A stretch of 64,000 nt of DNA from an uncultured bacterium (GCA_964579145.1 CAZOGB010000013.1:154-64153); one strand, 5' to 3'. Shown: positions 28,092-37,521, counted from the stretch's first letter. The notes: a model not told the origin generated them from the letters alone. Numbers and translations are program-made.

Positions 28092-28475
28092 ATGAGCAAA
28101 CAGGTCATCAGCACGGCAGACGCCCCCGCCGCGATTGGACCTTACTCGCAGGCGATTCGCGCGGGGAACATGCTTTTCGTGTCGGGACAGATACCTCTGA
28201 ATCCTCAAACGGGCGAGATGGTAGGCACAACCGCTGCCGAGCAGGCGCGACAGGTGCTGAACAACCTGAAGGCGGTTCTGCAGGCGGCGGGCACATCGCT
28301 GGACAACGTGGTGAAAACAACTATCTTCCTCACCGACCTGACGCAGTTCGCCGAAGTGAACGCCGTTTACGCCGAGTTTTTCCCTCAGAATCCACCGGCA
28401 CGTTCGACGATACAGGTTTCCGCCCTGCCGCGCGGGGCGCAGGTAGAGATTGAGGCGATAGCCATCATCCCGTAG
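28092..28475 (+). CDS. ridA: RidA (YjgF/YER057c/UK114) enamine/imine deaminase
   Basis: APAAIGPYSQAI, VSGQIP, VVKTTIFL, PPARSTIQVSALP..VEIEAIA. Start ATG 28092 follows GAGG. Confidence 0.93.
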   Translation: MSKQVISTADAPAAIGPYSQAIRAGNMLFVSGQIPLNPQTGEMVGTTAAEQARQVLNNLKAVLQAAGTSLDNVVKTTIFLTDLTQFAEVNAVYAEFFPQNPPARSTIQVSALPRGAQVEIEAIAIIP

Positions 28476-28498
28476 GGGCGACAGCCCCGTCGCCCCTA
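28472..28498. repeat. GTAG-type REP-like palindrome spanning both stop codons of convergent genes
   Basis: GTAGGGGCGAC-AGCCCC-GTCGCCCCTA. Confidence 0.65.
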
Positions 28499-29851
28499 TA
28501 TCCGCGCCGCCTCGTGCAGTACCTCTATCATGGTGGGATGGGCAGGGAACAACGCCCCCAGCGTTTCTACCGTTGCACCCAGCGCCATCGCTGTTGCCAG
28601 CGGCGCCAGCACGTCCGCTGCGTGTGCCCCAACTGCCGCGCCTCCCAGAAGCCTGCCGGTAGACTCTTCCACCACCAGCTTGACGAACCCTTCGCTCTCG
28701 CCCAGCAATTGCGCCTTGAGGGTGTCGGCGTAGCGGGCGCGGAACACCTGAACCGCCATTCCCTGCTGGCGTGCCTGCACTTCGGTCATACCTACCTGCG
28801 CCACCTGCGGCTGGGTGTACACCGCTTCCACCACCAGGTCGGGGCGGAAGGGAGCAGTTGCCAGGCCAAGCGCGTGACGCACCGCCACTCGCGCCTGCGC
28901 CCAGCCACGGTTGAGGGTGAACGGCGGTCCGGCGGAGTCACCTGCGACGTAGATGTGCCCAACGGACGACTGCATGAACTCGTTTACCACGACGCCCTGG
29001 GAATCGGTCTGTATCCCTGCCGATTCGAGGTTCAGCCGCGCCAGGTCTGCCCGCCTGCCGATGGCGATAAAGGCATGTGAGCCTTCTATCACCGTGCCGT
29101 CCACCAGCCTGACCTGTACGCCCCCATCGGTAGCGGTCACGCTCTCCACCGGTGAGGAGAGCTGAATCTCTATACCCATCTGGCGGAAGGCGTGTTCGAG
29201 TTCTTTCGAAACCTCCTCATCGGCGCGAGGCAGAAGACGAGGCATATCGGTGATGACGGTCACTTCCGAACCCAGTGTGCGGAACAGGTAGGCGAACTCG
29301 CTCCCGGTGACGCCACCTCCGACCATCACCATCCGCTCGGGCAGGCTCTGCAGACTGCTGGCGAAGCGGGGTGCAAGGATGCGTTTGCCGTCCGGTTTCA
29401 TGCTGGGTGGAAAGATGGGCACTGAACCGGTGGCAATCAACGCAAGGTCGAAGGTTATCTCCTGCTCGTCTGCGCCCTCGCTCCGCACCTTCAGCGTGTG
29501 CGGGTCCGCAAAGGAAGCCACACCCGTTATCACCCTTACCCCCGCCTGTTGTAAAGCCTTATGTTGTTGCTCACCCCACTGGCGGGTGCGCTGGCGGATG
29601 CGCTCCATCAGGTGAGCGAGATTGGCAGGGGAAGCCTGAATGTCCACCCCGCGATGCTGTGCATAGCAGGTATCACGTAAAGTGTCCGCCGCGGTGAGCA
29701 GTACCTTGCTTGGAACGAGGCTGTCCCATGTGGTACGCCCGCCGATTTCGCCTTCGCTAATCAGGGTTACCTCAGCTCCCTCGTTAGCCGCTTCCAGCGC
29801 AGCGTACACACCCACCGCGCCGCCTCCGATGATGACAAACCGTTTGGGCAT
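28496..29851 (-). CDS. Lpd/LpdA-like FAD-dependent pyridine nucleotide-disulfide oxidoreductase family protein lacking the redox cysteines
   Basis: GGGAVG FAD fold; GGRTTWDSLVPSK in place of GGTCxxxGCIPSK; GGGVTG NAD(P) fold; C-terminal HPTMIE. Confidence 0.85.
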   Translation of the reverse strand: MPKRFVIIGGGAVGVYAALEAANEGAEVTLISEGEIGGRTTWDSLVPSKVLLTAADTLRDTCYAQHRGVDIQASPANLAHLMERIRQRTRQWGEQQHKALQQAGVRVITGVASFADPHTLKVRSEGADEQEITFDLALIATGSVPIFPPSMKPDGKRILAPRFASSLQSLPERMVMVGGGVTGSEFAYLFRTLGSEVTVITDMPRLLPRADEEVSKELEHAFRQMGIEIQLSSPVESVTATDGGVQVRLVDGTVIEGSHAFIAIGRRADLARLNLESAGIQTDSQGVVVNEFMQSSVGHIYVAGDSAGPPFTLNRGWAQARVAVRHALGLATAPFRPDLVVEAVYTQPQVAQVGMTEVQARQQGMAVQVFRARYADTLKAQLLGESEGFVKLVVEESTGRLLGGAAVGAHAADVLAPLATAMALGATVETLGALFPAHPTMIEVLHEAARI

Positions 29852-29954
29852 CTGCGTCACCTCCAGCGTTCTCACAGGGTTGGACTCCGCAACAGGAACA
29901 GGAGATTCTCCGATGTAGAGGCGTAAGTTTTCGCCCTACCCCTCTCACGCAAGA

Positions 29955-29981
29955 CAGCTCGGCAGAAGCCTCGCCCTCCAG
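29955..29981. repeat. Dispersed copy of the CGGCTCGGCAGGAGCCTCGC(C/G)CTCCAG repeat
   Basis: CAGCTCGGCAGAAGCCTCGCCCTCCAG matches 25201-25227 with 3 mismatches. Confidence 0.7.
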
Positions 29982-29993
29982 GTTTTTTGCTGT

Positions 29994-30950
29994 CTACAGC
30001 GGCTCGCCGCCCTTGTCCACGTTCTCCTTCGTGAAGATGCGCGTACCGAGAGTGATGTTCTTCGGCACCTGCTCGCCCTTCAGTATCTTCAGCGCGGTTT
30101 CTATCGCCTCTTTGCCGCCGGTGGGATACTCGAAGGTGGCGGTGAGGATGCCTTCCTTCACATAACGCACGCCCTCGTGGGGCAGGGCGTCGATGCCGAT
30201 GAACTTGATGGTCTTCTCGCGCCCCTTGCCTTCCTGTCGCGCGGCGAGGTACGCCCCGTGTGCGCTGGGGTCATTGTGCGCGTAAACGGCATCAATCTGA
30301 GGGAACCGAGCCAGGGCGGACTGCATCTCGCGCTGGGCAATGGGTTCCAGCCACTGGCAGTCGGCGTCAAAGATAATCTCAATCTGCGATCCGGCGATGC
30401 CTTCCATGAAGCCTTTGTGACGCTCCTGTCCGGGTGTGGAAGTCATCAGTCCCTTCAGCTCCACCACCTTACCCTTGCCGCCGAGCAGTTTCACCAGGTA
30501 CTTGCCCGCCTCACGCCCGATCTTCACGTTGTCCGCGCCGATGAAGCAGGTATACTGGTCGCCCTCTACCTTGCGGTCGAGCACGATAACGGGGATGCCC
30601 TTCTGGTATGCCTCGGCGACGGGCTGGGTGAGCGGGCGTGCCTCCTTTGGGCTGATGATGAGCAGGTCTACGCCCATCTGGATGAACTCGCGCACCTGCG
30701 CCTGCTGCACCTCCGTCTTGTTCTGCGCATCCTTGAAGATGACCTCGATCTCGTCAGCGTGCTGGCTCGCCGCCTGCCTGATGTCTTCGTTCATCTGCAC
30801 GCGCCAAGGCTCGCCCAGGTTGCACTGCGACATGCCGATAACCCACTTCTTTTTGCCCTGTGGTGCGGATGTCTGCTCGGTCTGCTTCTTCCCACATCCG
30901 GCACACACCACCAGCAGGGCGAATGCCACAGCGATAGCGATTTGTTTCAT
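29994..30950 (-). CDS. Sugar ABC transporter substrate-binding lipoprotein (RbsB-like)
   Basis: Start MKQIAIAVAF at ATG 30950 (RBS GGAGG), lipobox CAGC; IGMSQCNLGEPWR, IGADNVKIG, YAHND, IGIDAL. Confidence 0.88.
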   Translation of the reverse strand: MKQIAIAVAFALLVVCAGCGKKQTEQTSAPQGKKKWVIGMSQCNLGEPWRVQMNEDIRQAASQHADEIEVIFKDAQNKTEVQQAQVREFIQMGVDLLIISPKEARPLTQPVAEAYQKGIPVIVLDRKVEGDQYTCFIGADNVKIGREAGKYLVKLLGGKGKVVELKGLMTSTPGQERHKGFMEGIAGSQIEIIFDADCQWLEPIAQREMQSALARFPQIDAVYAHNDPSAHGAYLAARQEGKGREKTIKFIGIDALPHEGVRYVKEGILTATFEYPTGGKEAIETALKILKGEQVPKNITLGTRIFTKENVDKGGEPL

Positions 30951-31960
30951 CACGACCTCCCTCTCTTTTGCTGGATAAGCACCGCGATAGCGATGATGAT
31001 ACCCTGAATGACCATGCGCGGCGCCAGCTCCACCGCGTTCAAACTGAGGATTTTGTTGATGTATGCCATAATCAGCACGCCGATGAGGGTGAACATCATG
31101 CCCCCGCGTCCCCCCATCAGGCTGGTGCCGCCGATAACGACGGCAGCGATAGCGTCCAGTTCGTAGGTCATACCCGCTTCGGTGTCGCCCAGGTCCTGTC
31201 GACAGGCGTTCAGCACTCCCGCCAGCGCGGCGAACATCCCGCACAGCGCGTAGGTCAATACCTTCACCGCCCCCACACGAATGCCGCTGAGCCGCGCCGC
31301 CTCTTCGTTGCCGCCGATGGCATATAGCCACCTGCCATAGGAGGTATATCGCACCAGCGCCGCCATCACCAGAATGCACAGCAGAAAGAGAAGCGTGGAT
31401 GGCTGGATGCCGATGCCCGGCAGGGCGGTGGTCATCCACTGGAAGAAGGGCGGAGTGCCCGACTGCATCACGTACCACGGTTGTCCGCCGGGCTGAACCT
31501 TGATCCCTCCCGCTACCAGCTTCGCCGCGCCGCGTGCAGCGGTCATCATTGCCAGCGTTGCCACAAACGGTTGCATCCGAAAACGCGCGATCAGGCTTCC
31601 GTTAATGACCCCACACGTCAGCCCTGTTAACAGCACCACGCCCAGCGCGGGCGCGATGCTCCAGCCGTAGCCGATGGTCAGCAGGGAAAAAAGCACCGCG
31701 CTCAGCCCCAGCACCGACCCCACCGACAGGTCAATGCCACCCGTCAGGATGACTAAGGTCATGCCAGTCGCCAGCAGTCCGTACTCCGAGTATTCGTACA
31801 GGATGGCAAGCTGCGTCTGCCAGGACAGAAAAATGGGAAGCCCAGTATCCAGGGCACGCGGACTGAAGATGATGCCCAGCGTGAAAACCACTACGAAGGC
31901 AATCACGCCACGATAGTCGTTCAGCTTCTCCAGAAAACCGTGTAACCTGCTTGTCTCCAT
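30950..31960 (-). CDS. Sugar ABC transporter permease (RbsC-like)
   Basis: ILTGGIDLSVGS, PFVATLAM, YAIGGNEEAARLSGI, YELDAIAAVVIGGTSLMGGRG. Confidence 0.9.
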   Translation of the reverse strand: METSRLHGFLEKLNDYRGVIAFVVVFTLGIIFSPRALDTGLPIFLSWQTQLAILYEYSEYGLLATGMTLVILTGGIDLSVGSVLGLSAVLFSLLTIGYGWSIAPALGVVLLTGLTCGVINGSLIARFRMQPFVATLAMMTAARGAAKLVAGGIKVQPGGQPWYVMQSGTPPFFQWMTTALPGIGIQPSTLLFLLCILVMAALVRYTSYGRWLYAIGGNEEAARLSGIRVGAVKVLTYALCGMFAALAGVLNACRQDLGDTEAGMTYELDAIAAVVIGGTSLMGGRGGMMFTLIGVLIMAYINKILSLNAVELAPRMVIQGIIIAIAVLIQQKRGRS

Positions 31961-32083
31961 GCGTTGAGGGTTCCTCTGATCCTCACTGTGCACCCTGCGA
32001 TTTCCTGTTCGCAAGCGGGCGAAGATTCTCCTTCACAGGTGGAAGGGTAGGGAAAAGGACACGGATAGCCAATTATCTTATCA

Positions 32084-32237
32084 GGAGCTACGCAGTGGAG
32101 TAGGTTAGCCATAAAGGGCTGCTGAAGGTTGCTGCGAAGCGTCGGGAGTGGGTGTCGGAGTGAAGCTTGAGACCCTTCGCTGGCGCTCAGGGTGATCAAA
32201 GCGGCAGGGTGATAGCGTTTCGCGACTGTGTAGCTCC
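32084..32237. mobile_element. Putative 154-bp MITE-like element with 13-bp terminal inverted repeats
   Basis: GGAGCTACGCAGT ... ACTGTGTAGCTCC (1 mismatch); non-coding interior contains REP-like GAGACCCTTCGCTGGCGCTCAGGGTGA (32169-32195); no target-site duplication seen. Confidence 0.4.
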
Positions 32238-32274
32238 GGTTCTTTGTGACACTTTCGTCTTTGGGGAGGAAAAC

Positions 32275-33687
32275 ATGCGATTCGGCAAACCGCTTCTAAC
32301 CTTTGTGCTGGCCGTGCTGGTATCCACGAGCGTTTTCGCTCAGATAAAGGTAAGCGGCACCTGGCGACTGCGAATCGAGGACTGGCAGTGGTTCAACGTG
32401 CCCGGCTTTGATACCGATTACACCTATGCGCATTCCCTCCTGCGTCTTGCGCTGACGGGCGAAACGGGTACAGCTCGGTGGAGAGCTGAACTGGCGCAGG
32501 CGGGGCTGTTCGACGTGCCCGATGCGGTGGCCCCACCGCCTGCAGGTCAGCTGGGGCTGGGTGGAACGCTCAAAGCGGTGAACGGCAACAACAAAGCCAG
32601 CCTGTTCGTGAAGCAGCTGAATGCAGAGTGGTCGCTGAACTGGGGCAGTCTGGAGGTTGGGCGTATGGAGTTCGGTGATGGGTGCGAGGTAGCGGTCAAA
32701 GACGCTGGATTGAACTGGCTACATGCCAATCGTATCAGCAACCGTCTGATTGGTCCTTTCGGCTTCTCTCCTGTCACCCGCTCGTTTGATGGGGTGCTGT
32801 TGCAGACGGGCGACAACTCCGGGCGATGGCTTTTCTTCGCCGCCTATCCCACGCAGGGCGCGTTTGACCTGAACGGCAACCCCACGTTGACCAATGTGAA
32901 CCAGCTGTATCTTGCCTACGCCCGTGCCCAGGAGACGAAGAATACGAGCTTTGACTGGCGTCTGTTCTGGGGCTGGTATCGCGACAGCCGCAACGTGCTC
33001 AAGGTAGACAACCGCCTGCTGGCGGCGCGGCAGGCAGACAGCGAGGACATCCGCGTGTGGACGCTGGGCGGACACTGGGCGCAAGTGTGGAACAGTGCCG
33101 CGGGACGAACCGACCTGCTGTTGTGGGGCGCTCTGCAGGGCGGTGAGTGGGGACAGATCAGCCACTCGGCATACGCGCTGGCGGCGGAAGCGGGCTTCCA
33201 GTTCCCGACGCTGTGGAAACCGTGGGTGCGTGCCGGCTATTACGTTGGCTCCGGCGACAAGGATAACACCGACGACCGCCACGAGACCTTCATCGCTGGC
33301 ATGAACACGCCTCGCCTGTATGCGATGACACCCTTCTACAACACCATGAACCTGGAGGACGCCTTCGTGCAGGTGATGTTCACACCGCATCCGCGCTGGT
33401 CGGCGAGGGTGGACTATCACCGCCTGCGCCTGAACCGCTCTTCCGACCTGTGGTATGCGGGAGGCGGTCCTTTCGACAACACCAGCTACGGTGTGGTGGG
33501 GCGTCCTTCGGGAGGCAATCGCGACCTGGCGCATCTGTTTGACATCTCGCTGAACTACCGCGCCAGCGATAGCCTGCAGATTTCGGTCTACAAGAGCTGG
33601 ATTCAGGGCGGCAGCGTCCTGCGCTCGGTGTATCCGGCTGGCGAGGACGGAGGGTTCTTCTTCGTCGAGGCGAACTATCGCTTCTAA
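32275..33687 (+). CDS. Outer-membrane beta-barrel, alginate export (AlgE)-like family
   Basis: Signal peptide MRFGKPLLTFVLAVLVSTSVFA; alternating beta-strand pattern; RSFDG; SGDKDNTDDRHETF; C-terminal NYRF. RBS GGAGG before ATG 32275. Confidence 0.72.
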   Translation: MRFGKPLLTFVLAVLVSTSVFAQIKVSGTWRLRIEDWQWFNVPGFDTDYTYAHSLLRLALTGETGTARWRAELAQAGLFDVPDAVAPPPAGQLGLGGTLKAVNGNNKASLFVKQLNAEWSLNWGSLEVGRMEFGDGCEVAVKDAGLNWLHANRISNRLIGPFGFSPVTRSFDGVLLQTGDNSGRWLFFAAYPTQGAFDLNGNPTLTNVNQLYLAYARAQETKNTSFDWRLFWGWYRDSRNVLKVDNRLLAARQADSEDIRVWTLGGHWAQVWNSAAGRTDLLLWGALQGGEWGQISHSAYALAAEAGFQFPTLWKPWVRAGYYVGSGDKDNTDDRHETFIAGMNTPRLYAMTPFYNTMNLEDAFVQVMFTPHPRWSARVDYHRLRLNRSSDLWYAGGGPFDNTSYGVVGRPSGGNRDLAHLFDISLNYRASDSLQISVYKSWIQGGSVLRSVYPAGEDGGFFFVEANYRF

Positions 33688-33697
33688 GGCACAAAGC

Positions 33698-33725
33698 GCA
33701 GGGGCAATCTGCCGATTGCCCCTGC
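33698..33725. terminator. 12-bp perfect hairpin between convergent genes (REP-like)
   Basis: GCAGGGGCAATC-TGCC-GATTGCCCCTGC. Confidence 0.65.
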
Positions 33726-33731
33726 CAGTTT

Positions 33732-33935
33732 CTATCGAGGGGTTTTCGCCGCCGGAGGGTAGTCAGGCGTCGGCTTGTAGGAACCACCCTGTTCCATCCA
33801 GGGCGGTACGCCCGGTGTGTATTTGACTCCCCTCGGTGGGCGTGGAGCGCTGAGGTAGTAATATGCTCCAAGAATCAGCCCAATCACCACCACGAGGAGC
33901 ACCACTGCAAGCGCGGGACTGACTTCCCGTTTCAT
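33732..33935 (-). CDS. Small single-TM Pro-rich protein (67 aa), paralog of 16577-16753
   Basis: MKREVSP + TM + Pro-rich tail; RBS GAGG; 15 nt after the DUF1559 stop. Confidence 0.82.
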   Translation of the reverse strand: MKREVSPALAVVLLVVVIGLILGAYYYLSAPRPPRGVKYTPGVPPWMEQGGSYKPTPDYPPAAKTPR

Positions 33936-33950
33936 GGAACCTCACCCCAA

Positions 33951-34703
33951 TTACTGCCTCTTGTCCCACATGCCGTTGGGCCAGGGGCCGTTGGGCGGGT
34001 CGCGTCGGGCAGGGTCGCGGGTCTGGTTGCCGATAGGTTGCGTGGTCTGGTCGCGGCGCATCCACTTCACATGCCCGTCGCACATGGCGTAGTTACTGCC
34101 CTGCGAGTGCATCGTTGCGCCGCCACCCTGCATGTTGAACTCGTTGTAATCCCAGAAGACCTCCGTTGCCCAGCCGACACTCCACTGGTGATACCAGTTG
34201 GGGCGCTCTGCCATGAAGATGGTGGTCGCTGGGCTAACGATGGTGGATTCGGCGGAAGCGGCAGGCGACATCAGGAAGCTGTAGGAGTTGGGACCCCAGC
34301 CCCAGTCGCTCTCGGGCCAGCGAAAGTTCTGGCTGTAGGTGACCGGAATGGCAGGTTTGGTGTTGTCCACGGCATCCTGTCCGCGCCCCCAGGCGTCGCT
34401 TGGGCATCGCCACATCTGCTGGTTTTTGACGTAGGGGTGTATCTGCTGGTGCCAGGGCACCCATGTGGGATTCCACCCCCATGTCCAGCTGTGCACTTCG
34501 TCATAGTCCTGAATGTACATCAGCTCGCCCAGCATGATTTGTTTCATGTTGGACAAGCAGGTAGTGGAGCGTGCCTTTTCCCGTGCCTGTGCGAACACCG
34601 GGAACAGAATCGCCGCCAGAATGGCGATAATGGCGATGACTACGAGCAGCTCAATGAGGGTGAACGCTCGCGCATCGTCTCGCCGTTGAGCAGTGAGTTG
34701 CAT
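33951..34703 (-). CDS. Prepilin-type DUF1559 / H-X9-DG protein
   Basis: A|[32 protein letters not shown]; [25 protein letters not shown]. Confidence 0.92.
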   Translation of the reverse strand: MQLTAQRRDDARAFTLIELLVVIAIIAILAAILFPVFAQAREKARSTTCLSNMKQIMLGELMYIQDYDEVHSWTWGWNPTWVPWHQQIHPYVKNQQMWRCPSDAWGRGQDAVDNTKPAIPVTYSQNFRWPESDWGWGPNSYSFLMSPAASAESTIVSPATTIFMAERPNWYHQWSVGWATEVFWDYNEFNMQGGGATMHSQGSNYAMCDGHVKWMRRDQTTQPIGNQTRDPARRDPPNGPWPNGMWDKRQ

Positions 34704-34727
34704 TGTTGAACCCTCCTTCTGTGCGTT

Positions 34728-35771
34728 TTATGGTGTACCGGATGCAGATGCTGCACCCAGCGTTGTCCCTTGTTGAATCTGCACTGGGATAGTCACGTCG
34801 GCGTATGTTTCCTGTTCACCTGTGATGTAGCGGTGCAGGAGATTCACCGCCGCTTCGGCTAGTGCGTCAAGGTCTACGTGCACTGACGCGGCGATGTGGC
34901 AGGTGGTGGCGGGCCAGTGTAACCCGTCGTAGCCAACCACCGAAAGCTGCGCAGGCACTTGTATACCCAGCTGGTCGCAGTCTTCCAGAACACGATACGC
35001 CAGCCAGTCACGCCAGCAGAACACCGCCGTTGGAGGCTCCCGCTGGCTCATCAGGTGGGCAAGCACCCCATGCGGCTCACTCCAGTAGCTGGCGATACGG
35101 TGCTCGGGAAGGTCGGCGCCAAGCTCGCGCAGGTAGTTCTGCAGAAGGCGAACGCGCGGAACGGCATCGCGAAAGTCGCTACCCTCCTCGATGATGGCAG
35201 CTACACGCCGATGCCCCAGCGATACCAGCGTCTGAGCAACCTGCTGCATCCCGCTTTCCATATCATCTCTGACCGACGGCAGGATGCCCGCTTCGTCGCG
35301 CGCGTTAATCAGCACGACCGGCAGGCGTGAACGCCTGAGCAGGGGCAAAAGGGGGTCATCGGGAAGAGGGGCAAACAGCAACACGCCATCCGCCCGACCG
35401 CCGTTGAGGAAGCGATAGGTCTCTTCGGGTGGGCGGCTGAAGTCGCAATGCACCAGCACATCATAGCCCAGCTTGCCCGCCGCGCGCTCGATGGCGGTGG
35501 ACAGCCTGTCCATATACAGGTCGTTGACGGTGCGCAGGCGGAAGGCGTTGAAGAAGGAAAGCACCTGCGTGCGCCCTCGCTGCAGAGAGCGTACCAGCAG
35601 GTTGGGGCTGTAGTCCAGCTCCTGCGCCGCCTCTTTCACGCGTTGGCGCGTCTGCTCGGAAATGCGGTGGCTGGTTGCCTTGCCGCTGAGCACCAGCGAG
35701 GCGGTGGTACGGGATACACCTGCCCGCCTGGCAACCTCATCTAGGGTTGTTCGCAACCTGCGCTTTGACAT
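34728..35771 (-). CDS. LacI-family transcriptional regulator
   Basis: TTLDEVARRAGVSRTTASLVL HTH; LGHRRVA; VPAQLSVVGYD. Start ATG 35771. Confidence 0.92.
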   Translation of the reverse strand: MSKRRLRTTLDEVARRAGVSRTTASLVLSGKATSHRISEQTRQRVKEAAQELDYSPNLLVRSLQRGRTQVLSFFNAFRLRTVNDLYMDRLSTAIERAAGKLGYDVLVHCDFSRPPEETYRFLNGGRADGVLLFAPLPDDPLLPLLRRSRLPVVLINARDEAGILPSVRDDMESGMQQVAQTLVSLGHRRVAAIIEEGSDFRDAVPRVRLLQNYLRELGADLPEHRIASYWSEPHGVLAHLMSQREPPTAVFCWRDWLAYRVLEDCDQLGIQVPAQLSVVGYDGLHWPATTCHIAASVHVDLDALAEAAVNLLHRYITGEQETYADVTIPVQIQQGTTLGAASASGTP

Positions 35772-35782
35772 GGGTTCTTTTC

Positions 35783-35800
35783 TGCTAAAGTACTTTAGCA
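35783..35800. promoter_or_regulatory. LacI-type operator O1: TGCTAAAGTACTTTAGCA (perfect 18-bp palindrome)
   Basis: Lies between the -10 and the start of lacI. Confidence 0.75.
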
Positions 35801-35802
35801 AT

Positions 35803-35831
35803 ATTATAGCCCACTCTTTCTCTGCTGTCAA
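35803..35831 (-). promoter_or_regulatory. Consensus sigma70 promoter TTGACA-N17-TATAAT for the lacI-DUF1559-small TM operon
   Basis: Minus-strand TTGACA 35831-35826 and TATAAT 35808-35803. Confidence 0.8.
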
Positions 35832-35838
35832 GAGGTTT

Positions 35839-35854
35839 GCTAAAATATTTTAGC
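35839..35854. promoter_or_regulatory. LacI-type operator O2: GCTAAAATATTTTAGC (perfect 16-bp palindrome)
   Basis: Same GCTAAA/TTTAGC arms as O1; overlaps an extended -10 (TG-C-TAAAAT, 35838-35846) facing the GH30 gene. Confidence 0.72.
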
Positions 35855-35990
35855 GAAATTTCAAAGAGGTTGATGCGGCCGGGGGGAAAGTTTCCCCCCT
35901 TCGCCCGCGATCCGAGGATAGGGGAACAGGGGTTTCAAGCCGTAACCGATTCATTTCCATTCCATTCTGAACAACACGAGGAGAGGATAG

Positions 35991-37451
35991 ATGTCTGCTG
36001 TAACTGTAGAGGTAGACACGGGACGGCGCTACCAGGTGATAGAAAACTTTGGGGCGTCGGGCGCATGGAGCATAGACCCCATCGGTAAGGAGTGGTCGGA
36101 GGCGAACAAGAACGCGCTTGCTGACCTGCTCTTCTCGCGCGAAAAGGGCATTGGATTATCGCTGTGGCGGTTCAACATCGGCGCGGGAGGAGCGCTCACC
36201 GACCAGCTATGGGACCCCTGGCGGGGTGCAGAGGTGTTCAAAGCCAGCGAGAACGCCGATTACGACTGGAGCAAACATGCGGGACAGCAATGGTTCCTGC
36301 GCGCCGCCAGAAAACGCGGGGTAGAGCGGTTCCTCGCCTGCGTGTACAGCCCACCCATCTGGATGACCAAGAACGGACATGCCCACTGCGACAAACAGTC
36401 CGGCTCCACGAATCTCAAGCCTGGCTATGAACAGCCTTTTGCCCGTTTCCTCACCGATGTGCTGGAGCATTTCGCCAGAGAGGGACTGCCTTTTCACTAC
36501 ATCAGCCCGGTCAACGAGCCGAACTGGGAGTGGGAAGGCGGTCAGGAAGGCTGCCGATATGACAACGACGACCTGAAGCGAGTGATTCACGCCCTCTATG
36601 CCGAGGTTCGGTCTCGCAGGCTGTCCACCCAAATCGTGGTGCCGGAGGCAGGCGAGCTGGTCTCCCTGCTGGACGACGAGTTCTATCGTCGCTGGGCGGG
36701 CATTGATGACCCGAAAGCTGCCCACACCCACGGCAACCGCTCCAGAGGCTGGGGGATGTATGGGCAGTATATCCGGGAACTGCTGGGCGATGCCGAACTG
36801 CGGCGCAGGATAGGCAACCGTATCTGCGCACATGCCTACTGGACTGATTCCAGCCTGCATCTTCTGCGCGACCTGCGTCGCACGGTGCAGGAAAACATCG
36901 CGCGTTACGCGCCGGGCGCACAGTACTGGCAAACGGAGTACTGCGTGATGGAGCACCGACGTGACCTGGGCATGGATACCGCTCTCCGTGTGGCTCGGGT
37001 GATCCACTACGACCTGACCGCGGGCAACGCCTCAGCATGGCACTGGTGGCTGGCGGTTTCGCCCTATGACTACAAAGACGGGCTGATATACACCGACTAC
37101 CGGCGCACCGGTCAGCAAAACATCCTGCCCTCCAAAACGCTGTGGGTGCTGGGGAACTTCAGCCGCTATCTGCGTCCGGGCGCCATCCGCGTACACGCCG
37201 AACCCTCCGAGGTAGAGGAAGACCTGCTGGTTTCCGCTTATATCCAGTCCACCAGTCCGCGCTTTGTGTGCGTGGTGGTCAATCGTGAGTCGCAGGAGGT
37301 TACCCTCAAACTGAAAGTGGACCGCAAGGTAGATACGCTCCTTCCGGTAGTGACCTCCGCCGAACACGACCTGGCCCCGCAGCCGGCGGTCAGAGCCTCC
37401 ACAGGGACAGTGATCCCCCCGCGCAGTGTGGTGACGTTAATTCACCGGTGA
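35991..37451 (+). CDS. Glycoside hydrolase family 30 (Glyco_hydr_30_2 type), no signal peptide
   Basis: NFGASGAW, GLSLWRFNIGAG, SPPIWMTKNG, catalytic NEP and TEY, ASAWHWW, FSRYLRPG. Confidence 0.88.
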   Translation: MSAVTVEVDTGRRYQVIENFGASGAWSIDPIGKEWSEANKNALADLLFSREKGIGLSLWRFNIGAGGALTDQLWDPWRGAEVFKASENADYDWSKHAGQQWFLRAARKRGVERFLACVYSPPIWMTKNGHAHCDKQSGSTNLKPGYEQPFARFLTDVLEHFAREGLPFHYISPVNEPNWEWEGGQEGCRYDNDDLKRVIHALYAEVRSRRLSTQIVVPEAGELVSLLDDEFYRRWAGIDDPKAAHTHGNRSRGWGMYGQYIRELLGDAELRRRIGNRICAHAYWTDSSLHLLRDLRRTVQENIARYAPGAQYWQTEYCVMEHRRDLGMDTALRVARVIHYDLTAGNASAWHWWLAVSPYDYKDGLIYTDYRRTGQQNILPSKTLWVLGNFSRYLRPGAIRVHAEPSEVEEDLLVSAYIQSTSPRFVCVVVNRESQEVTLKLKVDRKVDTLLPVVTSAEHDLAPQPAVRASTGTVIPPRSVVTLIHR

Positions 37452-37521
37452 AAAACGCAGGAAATATGCGCCAGCGCAGGTAAAATTAGGCTGTATCCGG
37501 CAAGGGAGGCTGGTAACAAGG

